Both the position numbers and the translations under genes were made by a program. Positions 38,518 to 52,600 of a stretch of DNA of 64,000 nucleotides are shown here, one piece after another; position 1 is the first letter of the stretch, and each line of letters begins with the position of its first letter. The notes beneath the pieces were generated by a model that saw only the letters and a list, made by a program, of their open reading frames with translations, had not been told where the DNA came from and did not search any database. The stretch comes from Strigamia acuminata (taxonomy: Eukaryota): contig OX442314.1 of assembly GCA_949358305.1 (NCBI GenBank), positions 24,986,001-25,050,000 on the forward strand, read 5' to 3'.

Positions 38518-41500
38518 TCATACTTTCTTAATGTTTTTATCACTTAACATTTTCTTGTAGCTGGCAATCTCTTTCATAAGTTTTTTTTCATGATCTGTTG
38601 CATCTTTAAGTTGTAGATTAATTTCTTTCACCTTATCAGTTTTGGCAACAAGTTCCTTCTGTAAACTGTCAATCCTTTGCTGGAGTTTCCTGTCTTGCTT
38701 CTTCTCAAAAGTAGACGATTTTTGCTGCTTGGATTCGACAACTTTTAAGTGCTCTAGAGCATCCGCTAGTTCTTGGCTCAATTTCTCCGCTTCACTCAGC
38801 AATTTAGTCTCTCTTTCCCTTAAACTATCACTAATTTGTTGCTCCTTCTTCAAATCTTTGCTTAGTTTACCATTCTCCACCATAAGTTTTTCTGCTGCTT
38901 TTTCAAGTGCATCCATCCTGTTGTTGTCCATTATTTCTTTTTGTTGAACATTTTCCAATTTTTCCTTCAAAAAAAATAATTAATATTTCATTTGAATCTG
39001 CAATTGAAAGCAAACTTACTTTCATGCTTGCTTTCTCATATTTCAGATCACTAATAATTTTTTGACAAATAGTTATTTCTTCTTGCAATTTTAACATTCT
39101 TTGTTCCATCTGGACTGTGTTTACATCTTTTGTTGCGGCACAATCCCCACTTGCTGGTGAAATTGGTTCCTAAATGAAAAATATTGTATAACCAACTTAA
39201 ATTTAATAAAAATTCATTATTTTTACCCCTTTAACAACATCTTTAGTCAGCAATTCCTTCACTGTCATCTCCAGCTCAGCGATTCTGTCTTGCAAATAAA
39301 TAGCTTCAGTTTGCACAAACTCTAACTCGCTTTCCAAACGTTTCTTGTCGTCCTTCAAATCATTCAATTGCTTCCTTAATTCCACTTGATTCTCTTGTTT
39401 TGGCGTCTCTCTGGTGCTGCTTTTCAACCTATTCTCCAAAGACTTTTTCTCCAAATTCAATTTCTCGCTAACTGATGTCAGTAATTTGTTTTTCTTCTCC
39501 AACTGTTCTCTACACTTCTCTTGTTCCTTCAATTTATTCCTCAACTGCTCCACAATCTTCTGCCACTTTTTCTTCTCCATCCACTGTATCATTTGTTCAT
39601 TAACCTACAAAATATACACAAAATACTTTCCCTACTCCTCGCTAACCCCAAAATACGCTTTCCACTTCAGTAAATACCTTTTCTGCATGTTGAATTTCCT
39701 CTTGCTTTTTATCCTCAATGTCTGGTGTTGATACTGTATTGTCACCAGCATCTTGTCTGCTTGGAACTAAACAACAATTCATCAAAATACAATTTACCCA
39801 TCATTCCCAGGGCCCCCCAACACCAAATTTGGGTCCCAGCAAGGACTAAAAGCAGCCTCATTCCTAGTGTATTGGGTTTGGAGACACTTAACTGCGCGTC
39901 ACTTAAACGGGGACACTTGAACGGGTACACTTAACCGGGCCGACATTTCAACAGCGAGAATTTTAACCGGGCCGACATTTCAACAGCGAGAATTTTAACC
40001 GGGCCCCAGTTAACTGGGCCGACACTTGAACGTGTTTACACCTGAACGGTGACATTTAAACTTGTAAATAAAATTTCAAAAAATGTTATTTTTAATAGTG
40101 TCTCAAGAATGATAATTAATGATGCGATAAGAACGAAGGTATGTTAGAAACGCAGCAACAGCCAGTTTCACAGGCAAAAGTTTAATTTTTTGTAGTTGCA
40201 CGTCTCTTTTCAGCCCCGAAATAAACGTCCACATTGTGGGGTGATGGCACAAAAATAATAATTGCAAGGAATAGTGCCACCCTTCCACAGAATTTGTGGT
40301 CCGAGCAATTCAATTTTCACCACCAACATACTGGTGCACCATTGTGTTTTTTATCATTTTGGAGCCCCAATATAGAGCAGGAGCAAAGGACAGACACCCA
40401 GTGACTCTTAAACCACAAAATCAACAATAAAATAGGAACGGCCCTGCTTGTCCCGTTTAACGGTAATACCTAGATCAACTTTCATCTTTGCCACTTCCTC
40501 TTGTAGCGCTTGTTTTTCTCTAAGCAAACGTTTATTTTCATCTTCCAGAGCACGAATTCTCTGTCCCATTTCCTTGACTTTCCAACCCGGTTCACCTTTT
40601 TCCTGCGATATGGCGATTATTTCAGCTTTGACTTCGGTCATTGCCTTACTTAACCCCTAAAACCCATTAAAAGTGATGAAGCATTTGTTTGTTAAATCCA
40701 CACGTCAATAATAACCTGTAATTGTTTTTCTTTAGTTGAAACCTGTTCCTTTAGTTTTTCTATACATTTCTGTTGCAACATGGATGGCGCGAGTTGATTG
40801 GCCTCTTTTAACACTTGTAGTTCTTGTGTTAGCTGCATTACAGTGGCATTTGCATTGTCCATTTCTCTAACTTGATTCTCTAACAACGCTTCAAGTTCAG
40901 AGATGTGTGTTTGATATTCCTCGACTAACTTTTCTTGCTCGCACGATTTCGCCTTCTCTGATTCGTCGACACGTTGTCTCCATTCTTCCTTTTCATTCTG
41001 GCACTGATTCAGTTTGTCGGCTAAATTTCTCAGGGCAATATCTTGCTCGGCCACAGTATCTTCCAATTTCTGAATCTGTAATTTTAGAAAATTTTGAAAA
41101 TATTAGAAAAAAATTAAAAATTGTAAAATAGTTTCTGTTAAATATAAAAAAAAATCCGTTAAATATCCAAACATTCCGTTAAATATCCAAATATTCCGGA
41201 AAATATCAAAATATGCCATTAAATATCCAAATATTCCGCTAAATAACAAAATATTCCGTTAAATAACAAAATATTCCGGAAAATATCCAAATATGCCATT
41301 AAATATCCAAATATTCCGCTAAATAACAAAATATTCCGTTAAATAACAAAATATTCCGTTAAATAACAAAATATTCCGTTAAATAACCAAATATTCCGTT
41401 AAATAACCAAATATTCCGTTAAATAACCAAATATTCCGTTAAATAACCAAATATTCCGTTAAATAACCAAATATTCCGTTAAATAACCAAATATTCCGTT

Positions 41501-44500
41501 AAATAACAAAATATTCCGTTAAATAACAAAATATTCCGTTAAATAACAAAATATTCCGTTAAATAACAAAATATTCCGTTAAATAACAAAATATTCCGTT
41601 AAATAACAAAATATTCCGTTAAATAACAAAATATTCCGTTAAATAACAAAATATTCCGTTAAATAACAAAATATTCCGTTAAATAACAAAATATTCCGTT
41701 AAATAACAAAATATTCCGTTAAATAACAAAATAGTCCGTTAAATAACAATTTTTTTCGTTTATTTTCATATATTTTTGATCGGGGCCGGTGTCTACTCCA
41801 AACCTGAGTTTTTATTAAGACCGGTTCCGTCGTCGCAGCTTCCGACGCCTGTTGCACAATATTTTTGAATTTCTCCAACGTCGCATCGTTGCTTTTGTGC
41901 AATTTATTCTGCAACAGCTGTAAAATAGTCTGATGTCTTTTCCCATTCGCATTAATTTCGTCTTGGGCCGCATGCAATAAATGCTTATAATGTTTCACCA
42001 TCTCCTCTTTCTGCGACAACTGCAATTGCAACGTATCAACATAAGACTTGAGTACGTTAATCTGCTGCTGTTCGGGTTCGTCGTCGCTCGTCGGCTGCTC
42101 GTCCCTCAATAATTGCGTCGACGAGGCCGACACTTTCAAACGCAACTCCGACACCGATTTCTCGTTGAAAACAATAACATCTTCCAGTTCTTTCACTTTG
42201 ATCAGCAAAGCCGACACTTTCTTGTGCAGATTATGATTCTCGTTGCGGTACCTCGAAATTGTTTTCGTTTCGTTCTGGAATTGACCTGCAATAAATTGCT
42301 TCTGTTCTTTCAGTTTCTCCGCTTTCTCCGACCGTTCTTCTTCTTCCTCCGTTACACGATTCATCAAACAATTCTCCCACTCGACGTCCCGTTTATCCAT
42401 TTCGTTCGTTAATCGCTGAATTTCTTGGTCCATCTCCGCCATCTTGGCATCACTCCGCGCAACGAGCGACAGTCGATGTTGCAACTAAATCGAAAACAAT
42501 TAAAATTTTATATTAAACTTTTTGTATTTTGATTGAAATTTCACCTCTTGTTTCAATCTAGCGTTCTCCCGTTGAAGTTTCATTTCCCGTACTCTCACCG
42601 CACTCACTTTCTCGTGCCATTCGATCACCTTCGCTGCCCCGTCTCCACCTTTCAGAGTCTGGATTAAATCCTCGACATATCTAGACCGAAGTTTGTATTC
42701 GCTCGCTTTTTCTTCCAGATTTACTCTTCCATTTTGCGCTTTATCTAATTCCGTCGCCACTTTTCTCTCCTTTTCGCGCAATTGCTCGATAACGTCCATC
42801 ATTTTTTGCCGGGAAAACGACCCAACGCCGTAATTCTGTCTCCGCAACCCGTTTAAAACCGATAACAAGAGTTTTATTCGATGTCGGTTTTCGTTCCGGC
42901 AAGTGAAGACGAGTTGCTCCTTTTCGTCGCATCTAAAAAGTAAAAACACAAAAAAAATATTTTTTAAATTAAATTACGTAATTAAACATTATTTTACAAC
43001 ATACTTTTGCTCCAAACGCAAATTAGTTACTTCCAATTCCGATAACCGCGACTTAATTTTCTCAACGCAATCGTTTGCCGCGACTTCGCTTTTCTTCAAC
43101 GCCGCCACTTGTCTCTGCAGTTGGCCGATTTTGTGTTTGTCGCTGTCGCTCGACTCCAAGTCCAGCAATTGTTGGCGGAAAAGTCGAATTTCTTGGTTTT
43201 GGCTTTTGAAAATTGTATTCACGGCTTCGGCTTGATTTCGAGCGATCCTGGTGATTTCCTTTTGCTCCGCCAACTCCGTTTCCAGCTCGTTTTCCTTTTC
43301 TTCCAACTTCGTCACTCGTCGCCGAGCCGCTTCGTACGAATGCAATTTATCCAAATCTCGATCGAGTCCAACTTTGGTTCTTTCCTCCAACTTGGTCTCC
43401 AACGCTTGATTCCGCGCGTTTAATTGTCGTATCGTTTCCTCGTTCCGCTGTTGCAGCTGCCTCAGATGTTCATTCCGATCCTTTTCGTTCGCCAATTGCA
43501 TTTCGGTCACGGTCAACAAATTATTCCGCTTAATTTCGCCGCTTTCTTTCCGCAGCAAAACCTCCAACTCGATTCTCTCTTTCTCTTCGACATTCAGCAA
43601 TTTCTTCAATTCGAATATTTCGTTCTGCAACTCCGATGTCTCGTTCTAAAAAAAATATATATAAATCGAAACAATTAAATTATTTTTTATAAATTCCAAT
43701 TTCTTACCGCTTGAGCATATTTTTCGCAAATTTCTTCGTATTTATTCGTCACCGCTTCCAACTGTTTGCTCGTTATTTCGAGATCAACCGCCGGTACCGA
43801 TTCTTCTAAACATTGTTGCAGCCACGACATTTGAAAAGCAGACTTTTCCTACGAAATAAAAACGTAAATAAATCTTAAAATTCGACGCAATAAATCGCGG
43901 GAACACAAATAATCGATGTTTAATCTTATAGTACCTTCGATCTCCGCAAATACTGAACTTTTTGCGCCACGGCCGAGTCCACGTGCAATAACTCATCTTG
44001 CAGCTGTTTAATTTGTTTCGTCAACTCGTTCTCCGCTTCTGTCATTGCCGAAACCTTCCTTGTCAAAACCGCTTCGTTGGATTTTGAATTTATAAACTTG
44101 CCGCTCATTTCTGCCACTCGTCTGCGCACCTCGCTTTCGTCGCGCGTGTAAATCTCGCAAATCTTTTCCAATTCTTCAACTTTGGTTCGTAATTCCAGAT
44201 TCATCTCGCCGGTTTTTCTTTTATCTTCGACCAAAACTGATTTCTCATTCTTCCATTCCTTTTCCCGCGCTGCGAACTCGTCGTACATCAAAATTTGCTG
44301 TTGGTTAAAAACCGTGATCGTCTGTTTACATTCATTCAAAGCGGTGGATAGTTGAGAATTCGTTGCTGCTTTGCGCTTTAAATCGCTTAGAACTTGGAGT
44401 AGTTGTACGTTCAATACGGCGATCGTGTCGCTCGTTGACAAACTTAAATTTTCTGGTAACTCTAAAACTCTCCATTTGGATGCGGCGCTTTTAGTCTCGA

Positions 44501-47500
44501 TTTTATCCCCGATTTCTTTCACTTCAATTTTCGTGTTTTCGCGTTTCTCTGACCGCACTCGTCTTAATTCCGCTCTCAGTTCTTCGTTCCTTCCCCTTTC
44601 AACATCGAGTTGTGATTTGGAAAATGCAACCAAGTCGTAAGACCCCGTCGACTGCTTAGACTCAATCAACTAAAAAAAACAACCAAAAAAAATAATTTTA
44701 GATTCCGAAAACTCAATTTTAAACTCAAAAGTTTAATTTTAGACACAAAAGTCCAATTTTCGGCTCAAAAGTTCAATTTTAGACTCAAAAGTTCAATTTT
44801 AGACTCAAAAGTTCAATTTTAGACTCAAAAGTTCAATTTTAGACTCAAAAGTTCAATTTTAGACTCAAAAGTTCAATTTTAGACTCAAAAGTTCAATTTT
44901 AGACTCAAAAGTTTAATTTTAGACTAAAAAATTTAATTTTAAACAAATAATTGCCAGTTTTAGACTAAAAAATTTAATTTTAGACAAATAAATGTCAATT
45001 ATAGACTAAAAAATTTAATTTTAGACAAATAAATGCCAATTTTAGACTAAAAAATTTAATTTTAGACAAATCAATGCCAATTTAGGCCATAAATTGTCCA
45101 TTTCTTGTGTAAAAATGGTCAATTTAAGCCAAAAAATCCACTTTTTTTCGAGAAAATAAAAATTAATTTCTGACTAAATTGTAAAGAAATGTTGCAGGGC
45201 CCTTATTCGACTTAAATATATAATTTCAATAATTTTTTTTTACAATATTTAGATAAATTTCTGAAAAATCCCGAAGTAACTTTCTCATTACCGCAACCAA
45301 TTTCTCCAAACTCGGACATTGCAAACGTTTATCCGATCTCTCATTTTGCTTCTTCATCGCGTCCAACACGTCGCTCAAACCATCTTCGAGGTGTTTTATA
45401 TCCGCCATCGCCTCTTTCAAAGCTTTGCTCAACTTCGTTCTATCTTGCAACGAAACCTGAAGTCGATTTCGAATTTCCACCAACTCTTCTTCCGCATCAT
45501 TTCCACTCCCGCCGTCCCCTTCACTCGCCCCGCGAACCTCTTCAACACCAATCTCGCGTTTACTCTTCAATTTCTCCGAAAAACGATGCAACTGCTGCAA
45601 ATCCTCGACGGACAAGCCCAAATACGCGGCCCTTTCTCCGGCCATTTGCGCCAATTGTCGATTTTGCGTCCGCAATTCGACTCTTTCCTCTTCCAACCGC
45701 TCGATTTCGTGCTGCAACGTCACGTTTAACCATTTCTCTCTCTGCTGTCGCACCATCAACTTCTCTTTCACTTCGTTCACGTCCAGCGCTCGTCGCGGGT
45801 CCAAGCCCAGCCGTTCCCGCAGTTCCTCGTTCTCGTTGAGCAATTGATTGACAATTAAGTCTTTATTGTTTATGGACTGAGTCAATTCGTGTATTTGCTT
45901 ATCCCTAGCTTTTAACTGCAGCTTAACGTCTTTAATTTCGGATATCGCTTCCGTCAAGCCGTATTCGCCCGACTCGTATTCGTGCATTCGGGTTAAAGCG
46001 ATTATCAACTGCCGGTCTTTTTCCTGCGCGTATAAGTCCGCATCCGATGCGCTTTTCAATGCGTTTTTCAATGATTTTTCTTTTTCTTTGAGTGTAGATT
46101 CGATTTTCGCCAGTTTAGGGTCGATTCCGTTCGATGTAAACGGCGTTGGTGTTAAATTCTCGATTATTTTGGCATTTTCGTTTAGATCTTTGGTTGCTTT
46201 CTCAACTTTTTCCTGTAGGATGTTTATTTTTTCGTCACGATCTGCGAGTGCCTAGATTATGATTTAATTTTAATTTTAATTTTTTTTTTTTTTGAGATTC
46301 TGTAATTACTTTTGAGAGGATGTTAACTTTGGAGTCATCCGGCGCGGCGTAAATAGCGGCTAATTTTTCTTCAAGATCGGTGATTTTTTGTTGGTATTGT
46401 TTTAGTTCCTGATCGTTGCTTTTTGCTTTGACCTAGAAAAGGAATTTGTTATAGTATGGTCAGTGATTCATCGAGTAATTGTATCGCCATGGATAGTTGT
46501 AAATACATTTTTAAGTACAAAAATAGATCATTCTAATTTTAAAAAAATTAATTTTCACACAAAAATTAACTACACATGAAAGAATGCATTATTTAACATA
46601 AAATTTAGTCTTTTTTTTAGCAAAAATTGCCCATTTCAGTGCAAAATCCATTGGTTTCAGACTAAAAATTGCCACTTTTATTCTCAAATTTATATTTTCA
46701 GAATAAAAATTGGCTTTTTTTTATATATGAAAAAGGTGCGAAATAAAGTAAATGATGATCTACACCTTCCAATCTTCGAGACGTTGGTTCAATTGTTCTA
46801 TAATTTTTTCTTCCGATAAATCTTTTTGTTTACTGTGTTCAAGTATTTGTTCCAATCTCAATTCCAATTGCTTATTATCATGGCTTAAATTGTCAGTCAT
46901 TTTCTCAGATTTCTTCATAACATCCTATAAAAATAAATCCCAAAAAAATTAAACAATAAATTTAATATCTTCTTTATTGAATGAATACAAAAATAAAGAC
47001 CTTTAGCCGCATTAATTCCGCGGTGGAAATATTCATTTCTTTAGTTGCATCTTCTAATTTCAACTTCAAATCCGATACGTGTCGCTGAAGAAAATCATTA
47101 GCCTTTTCTAAAGTCTAGAAAATATAAATAAATACAACAATTTTTAAATTCTTCCATTAAATACAAACAAATACTTCAATTTCTCCGAGTAATTTATTAA
47201 TTTGCTGATTCTTTTCGCGCATCTTTTCCGTAGAAAAATTATCTCTTCCTTTATCTTGTAGCAGTGAATCCCTTTGAGACTCCATACGATGTCTGTAATC
47301 ATTTATTTCGTCTTTCAAGTTTGCGATTTCACGACGACTATCTCGTTTTTCACGCTCGGATTCTTCCAGACGAGCTAAAAGCTGGATAAATTGTGTTTTT
47401 ACTTAATGATAATAAGCCGATTTACACTATTATTTAACAAATATAAATAACCTTCTCAGCTTCGGCTTTTTCTTTCGCTAAAACTTCTTTCGCATCTTTC

Positions 47501-48564
47501 AATTCGTATTGAAACCTCTCGTTCGCCCTCTGCAGTGCGCGTGAATCATCTCGAAAATCCGTTGATTCCTGACGCTTATTCTTATCGCCGTGTCTCTAAA
47601 AATTTCAAAACAAAGTTTATACAAATGTTTAATGGTAACTTTTTGCATTTTACATATAAAAATTGCATTTAAAATTTGAGAATTGCACTTATGCAGCTGA
47701 AAAATGCCTTTTAGCACTAAGAATGTTTGTTTTCCTGTGAATATATTTTTTAATGCCTTAAAAATATACATTTTTACACGTGGAAGTGCATTTTAACACA
47801 AAAATGTATTTTCACACACAAAAAGTGATTTTTACACACAAAAAATGCATTTTGTTCATAAAAATGCATGTTTCGGTCTGTATGTTCCATTTTTTTTGCG
47901 TAAAGATGCATTTTTGGCGCTTAAAGATTCATTTTTTGCGCTTAAAGATGTATTTTTTGCTTAAAGATGTATTGTTTTCGGTTGTGCCTAAAAGGTACAT
48001 TTTCGCACCGAGAAATTATTAAAAAGATGTCATTTCAAGTGCCTTTTAAAGTAATTTTGTTGAAAATTAGAAAAAAAACATCACCACACCGCTCTAATAA
48101 AAGCTATAAAACTATTACAGGTATTTTCAAATGCCAAATTAAAATTACCCGAAGCTCTCTTAATTGTTGCATTAAATCATCATTTTCATCCGTTAATTTC
48201 CGTTCTTTTTTTGCGAAATTTGTCGATTCCTTTTCCAGCTCTTCCAATAACTCTTCCGCCTGCACCGCTTTGGCCTGTTAAATGTTTTTTTAAAAAAATA
48301 AAAATTATTATAATTAATTAATTAATTATCTCAAACCTGCATAATAACTTGGGCAAGTCTGAATAATTTTTGCAGTTTATTCGGATCTGATTCATCCCCA
48401 ATTTCAACCTAAAAAAATCAAAAAAATTAATTAATTAATTTAAAATTAAATTAAAATTCAAAATTGCTCACATCTGCAACTTGCAAATAAAATTTATCCA
48501 CTTGATCATCGTGTAAATTTTTAAAATTTATATTTTTCAATTCTTCCCAATCAATCACAACCAT
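38518..48564 (-). CDS. CEP290: Centrosomal protein CEP290, multi-exon coiled-coil (3' end approximate)
   Basis: MVVIDWEEL N-terminus; YESGEYGLTEAISEIK..LKARDKQI; ERLEEERVELR; KVIEWHEK; QWMEKKKWQ; extensive coiled coil. Confidence 0.9.
39870..40330 (-). mobile_element. MULE transposase remnant in a CEP290 intron
   Basis: Minus-strand ARTTNSVEGWHYSL...HHPTMWTFI resembles the MULE C-terminal RTNNxxEGWH motif; subterminal repeats acacttaac/acacttgaac at 39870-40060. Confidence 0.7.
41150..41750. repeat. Intronic 20-bp minisatellite (aaataacaaaatattccgtt), roughly 29 copies
   Basis: Near-perfect tandem array without spacers. Confidence 0.95.
44715..45080. repeat. Intronic 20-bp minisatellite (agactcaaaagttcaatttt)
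   Basis: Perfect core copies grading into degenerate ones. Confidence 0.9.
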
Positions 48565-48748
48565 TTTTCACAATACTACATCAAAACAGGATGTTTACAC
48601 CGGAACCGCTTCCATTGCGCATGAGCAATACCGGAAAAGAAACCCCAGCGCCAACTAGTGCGAAAACAACACACGACATTAAAAAAAGAAAGATAAAGAT
48701 GAACGGCGGAAAATGGCGGCATGTCTTCAGTGTTGTGCTGTGTCGAGG
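48565..48748. promoter_or_regulatory. Putative bidirectional promoter for CEP290/CSDE1 plus likely non-coding first exon of CSDE1
   Basis: CCGGAA at ~48600 and 48631, TGCGCATGAGCA at 48616, AAATGGCGGC at 48711, donor GAG|GTAAGC near 48748. Confidence 0.65.
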
Positions 48749-49632
48749 TAAGCAGTGCAATAATGCACTAATTGTTGAAACGAAATTTCATCCAGGTACG
48801 AACAAATGATTACGAGTGTACAAAAATGGATTTTTCAATCCCCACGAGCCGGATTCATTTAATCGCCAATAATGCAAAACAAAAATTGCACAACTACTGA
48901 CATGGTATAATGTAATAAATAAAAAAAAAAATAAGAAAAATAAATAGGATGTGACTTAAACTCAACCTTTCCATTTCATCCGCAACCGTCTCCCGACTTC
49001 CGATTACCAATAATGCTAAATCAATAACAATTGGAAATGATAATTTTCGTTTTCCGTGTTTCCTTCACATTTTCGCTTTGTTTGCTGATGGAAATGAGTG
49101 GAAGAAAGTTAAGTGGAAGAAGGAAGTGAAGATTAAGTAGTTTTTCGTCAATTAAACGCTCGTAGATCACAATTATATCATGTTAGTTTGTTTTTTCCCT
49201 ACGAAATAAATTTTATTCATTTAAATAATTGTTAATTTAAAAAAAAAAATTAAAAAAAAAATTTAATTTCTAAATTTTTTGTTTTTGTTTTTTTAGGTTT
49301 GAAGACAAATTAAAGTATTAACCTGCAGTCGGTCAAATTTGGTGGAAATTAAGTGAAAATCATCTCGCATCATCTCGACACATTACAAAGCACACACTGT
49401 TGTACATCTGAGGACAATTTGGAAACTTCCTTACTTCGAAATTCATTAAACAAGACGCAAATTCGAGTGGTTATCGTTGAAATCGACAAGAGAAAAGATT
49501 CGCTGGTTTCTTTCTAATAATATTTCCTACTCAAAATGGCCTCTATTGAGGCGTAACGAGACTCCTTCTTTTCTCTTTTCATTCTGACCATTCTATCGCA
49601 AACTAAGATTGAAGCTGAACACAACATATATC

Positions 49633-52600
49633 ATGTCAAGTCCTCAGTGGAATGTCAGTACAAATTTATTAATTTTCTAAATTTTTTTAAATTTTTTTAA
49701 AATTTTTTAAAAATTTTATAAACTTTAATTTCTTAGTCTTTCCAGCCGCCAATGCAAGACAGTGCAATAGTTGCGTATCAAAGAGCATCGACTTTCACCT
49801 CCAATAATTCTAATAGTGGTAATGGTAGTAATTCCACAGGCCGTGAGACTGGTATCATAGAAAAACTTTTGGTAATAATTAATTTTGACATTTATTCCAT
49901 CATTTATTTAGATTTTTGAATTCGGGGACCTTATTTTGTCCCGGGTCACTTGCCAAGTGGGTCCCATCTGGCTTCAGGATCCCCCGAATTATTTATTTAG
50001 TATTTAGTGATATTTTCACACCTGGGGGCCCCAATTTTCAATTTTTTGGGCAAAATTATCAAACAAAGATTAAATTTTTGGCTTAAAAATTGTAATTAGG
50101 AGGAATTTCGTGCTGAATTTCGGGGTGGAATGTAAATAAATGTAAATAACGTTTGGTTACCAGTTCCGGGCGGAGAATTCTCGTTTGAGTATCGCGTTGA
50201 GTTGTTGCGCGGTTCGATTGTTGCGATGTTTATTCTCCAATCAGAATCGATGCTGATGGCAAGCCCTGCGCTAGTCTTCCAAATGTTGTATTATTGAATT
50301 TTAACCGTTTGGGGCTTCCATTTTCTGTCACCTAAATTATGAGTAGCTAACAAATTTGGTTTATTTTGTTCTACTAAAAAAAAAACACAAAACGAAATTC
50401 TCAATAGGGGTAACTTAGCTCAGCTAGTTGTATTTAATATTTTTAAAGTCATAAAAAAAATAGCTAATGTCGAAAACGGTAAAAAAAAAATATAAAATTA
50501 TTAGAAAAATGAAATGAAATTGAAATAAAATGGATTTTGATGTATTTGTTATTGAATTTTCAGCATTCCTATGGATTTATTCAGTGCTGTGAACGACAAG
50601 CTCGGCTTTTTTTTCATTACAGTCAATTCGATGGGAACATTGAACATCTGAAGATTGGAGGTACAAATTATTAGTTATTTTTAGGGTTAAATTTTTGCAG
50701 AAAAATTATTTTTTTTGATGTTTTTTGGAATTTTTCTGATTTCTTTGGAATTTTTTAATTTTTAGATCCGGTGGAATTTGAGATGACTTACGACCGCCGC
50801 ACGGGGAAACCTATTGCGAGCAGCGTTCTCAAAATTTCACCGGAAGTGATCTCCTATGAAGTTCTTAGTGAGGAGAGGGTCATTGGAACAGTGACAACAG
50901 AACTGAAAAATTCGGGTGTAAGTTGAGATAAATTTGGATTTTGTTTACATTTTTTTGTTTAAATTGATTAACTTTTGTTATTTTTAGGGTTGCTTGTCTG
51001 ATCAAGGTCGCATATCCTATGAAAACCGTGGCGAATGTTTTTTTTTGCCGTACACATCTCAGGACATCGAAGATAGTTGTGTGCTACATGCCGGGGACAA
51101 AGTCTCTTTTCAAATTGCAACAGATAAGCGGTAAATCTCCATGTTTTCTAAACATTTGCAATTGAATAGAGTTTTGATGTTGTATCGTTTTCCAGGACTG
51201 GCAATTTGCACGCCCGTCGAATAAAATTAGATGGCACATCACAAAGTCAAGTTTATCAAGGCGTGGTCTGCTCAATGAAAGAATCTTTTGGATTTATTGA
51301 ACGATCTGACGTAGTCAAAGAGGTCAAGAATAAAAAAAACACAAAAAAATCACAAAATGCCCGCAAAAAAGTACAAAATACCCATAAAAAATTACAAAAA
51401 AATTATAAAATGCCCCCAAAAAATTATAAAATACGCACAAAATCCAGTTTTAATATTTTTTTCTATTTATTTTGTAGATATTCTTCCATTTTAGTGAAGT
51501 GAAAAATCTGAAAGATCTAGTTTTAGGCGACGATGTCGAATTCAGCATCCAAACTCGAAACGGAAAAGAGGTAGCGGTGAATGTGACACGCCTTCCTGAA
51601 GGAACGGTAGTTTTTGAAGACATTAGTGACGAGAGACTCAAAGGACAAGTCGTTCGTGTTATTGAGAAATGCCAAGCCAGACATCAGAGTGATCCGTTTC
51701 CAGGCCGTATACGTTATCGGCGTGATGGCAGGTAAATCAAACAATAAATTTAAAAACAAAAAATTAAAAATTAATTAATATATATATATATTTTTTCCAG
51801 TGATGTCGAATTACCATTTGGCGACAAAGACCAACACGGCGATTTCAGTCTGCAGCAGGGAGATTGGGTCGAGCTGAATATAGCGACAGATAGACGCGAT
51901 CATTTGCAACGGGCGACCAACATCATGTTGCTGAACGAGAGTTTTTTCACCACGGAGGAGCAGCGAGAAAGAGGCATCGTGGCTGCTGTGAAAGACGGGT
52001 TCGGGTTCATAAAATGTGTCAATAGGGACACGCGGATGTTCTTCCATTTCAGTGAAATTCTTGATGTAAATCGAGAGGTAAAAGTTCAAGATGAGGTGGA
52101 ATTTACAGTTGTGCAAGTGAGTTTTCGAGGTCATAGGAGGAGGCGGGACGAGGCTATTTAAGCAGAAATGCGTCATTTTAGACTAAAAACACATTTTTAA
52201 AGCCAGAATTAGCAATTTTAGACGAAATTTTGTGCACAAACGGACCATTTTGGTACTTGGCGCCTTAACCAATTGCCACACCCTCGTTCCGCCACTGGAT
52301 TTAGTTGGGAAATTGAAAAATGATAATAAACAAGCGTTTGTTTGATTTAATAGGATCCCACAACACCAAATCGCCAAAATGCAATTCGCATTTTGCACTT
52401 GGCTTCTGGCACAGTTAAATTTGATTCGGTGCTTCAAGAACACGTGATTGGAGTAATAGAACGTGAACCCGGCTCCCAGTGGAGTAGGAGCCCTAGTAAA
52501 ACAGACAGCGGCGTGAAAAACAAGGAGATGGAGCCTGGTACGATATCGTATCGTAACGACGATGGAGGCGAAGAGACAATCTGTTTTTACATCAAAGATT

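Noticed and set aside
41150..41750. Regular short repeats resembling a CRISPR array (also 44715-45080, 29820-30390, 925-1140)
   Set aside because: Units are directly adjacent with no unique spacers, there are no cas genes, and the context is eukaryotic introns or TE ends
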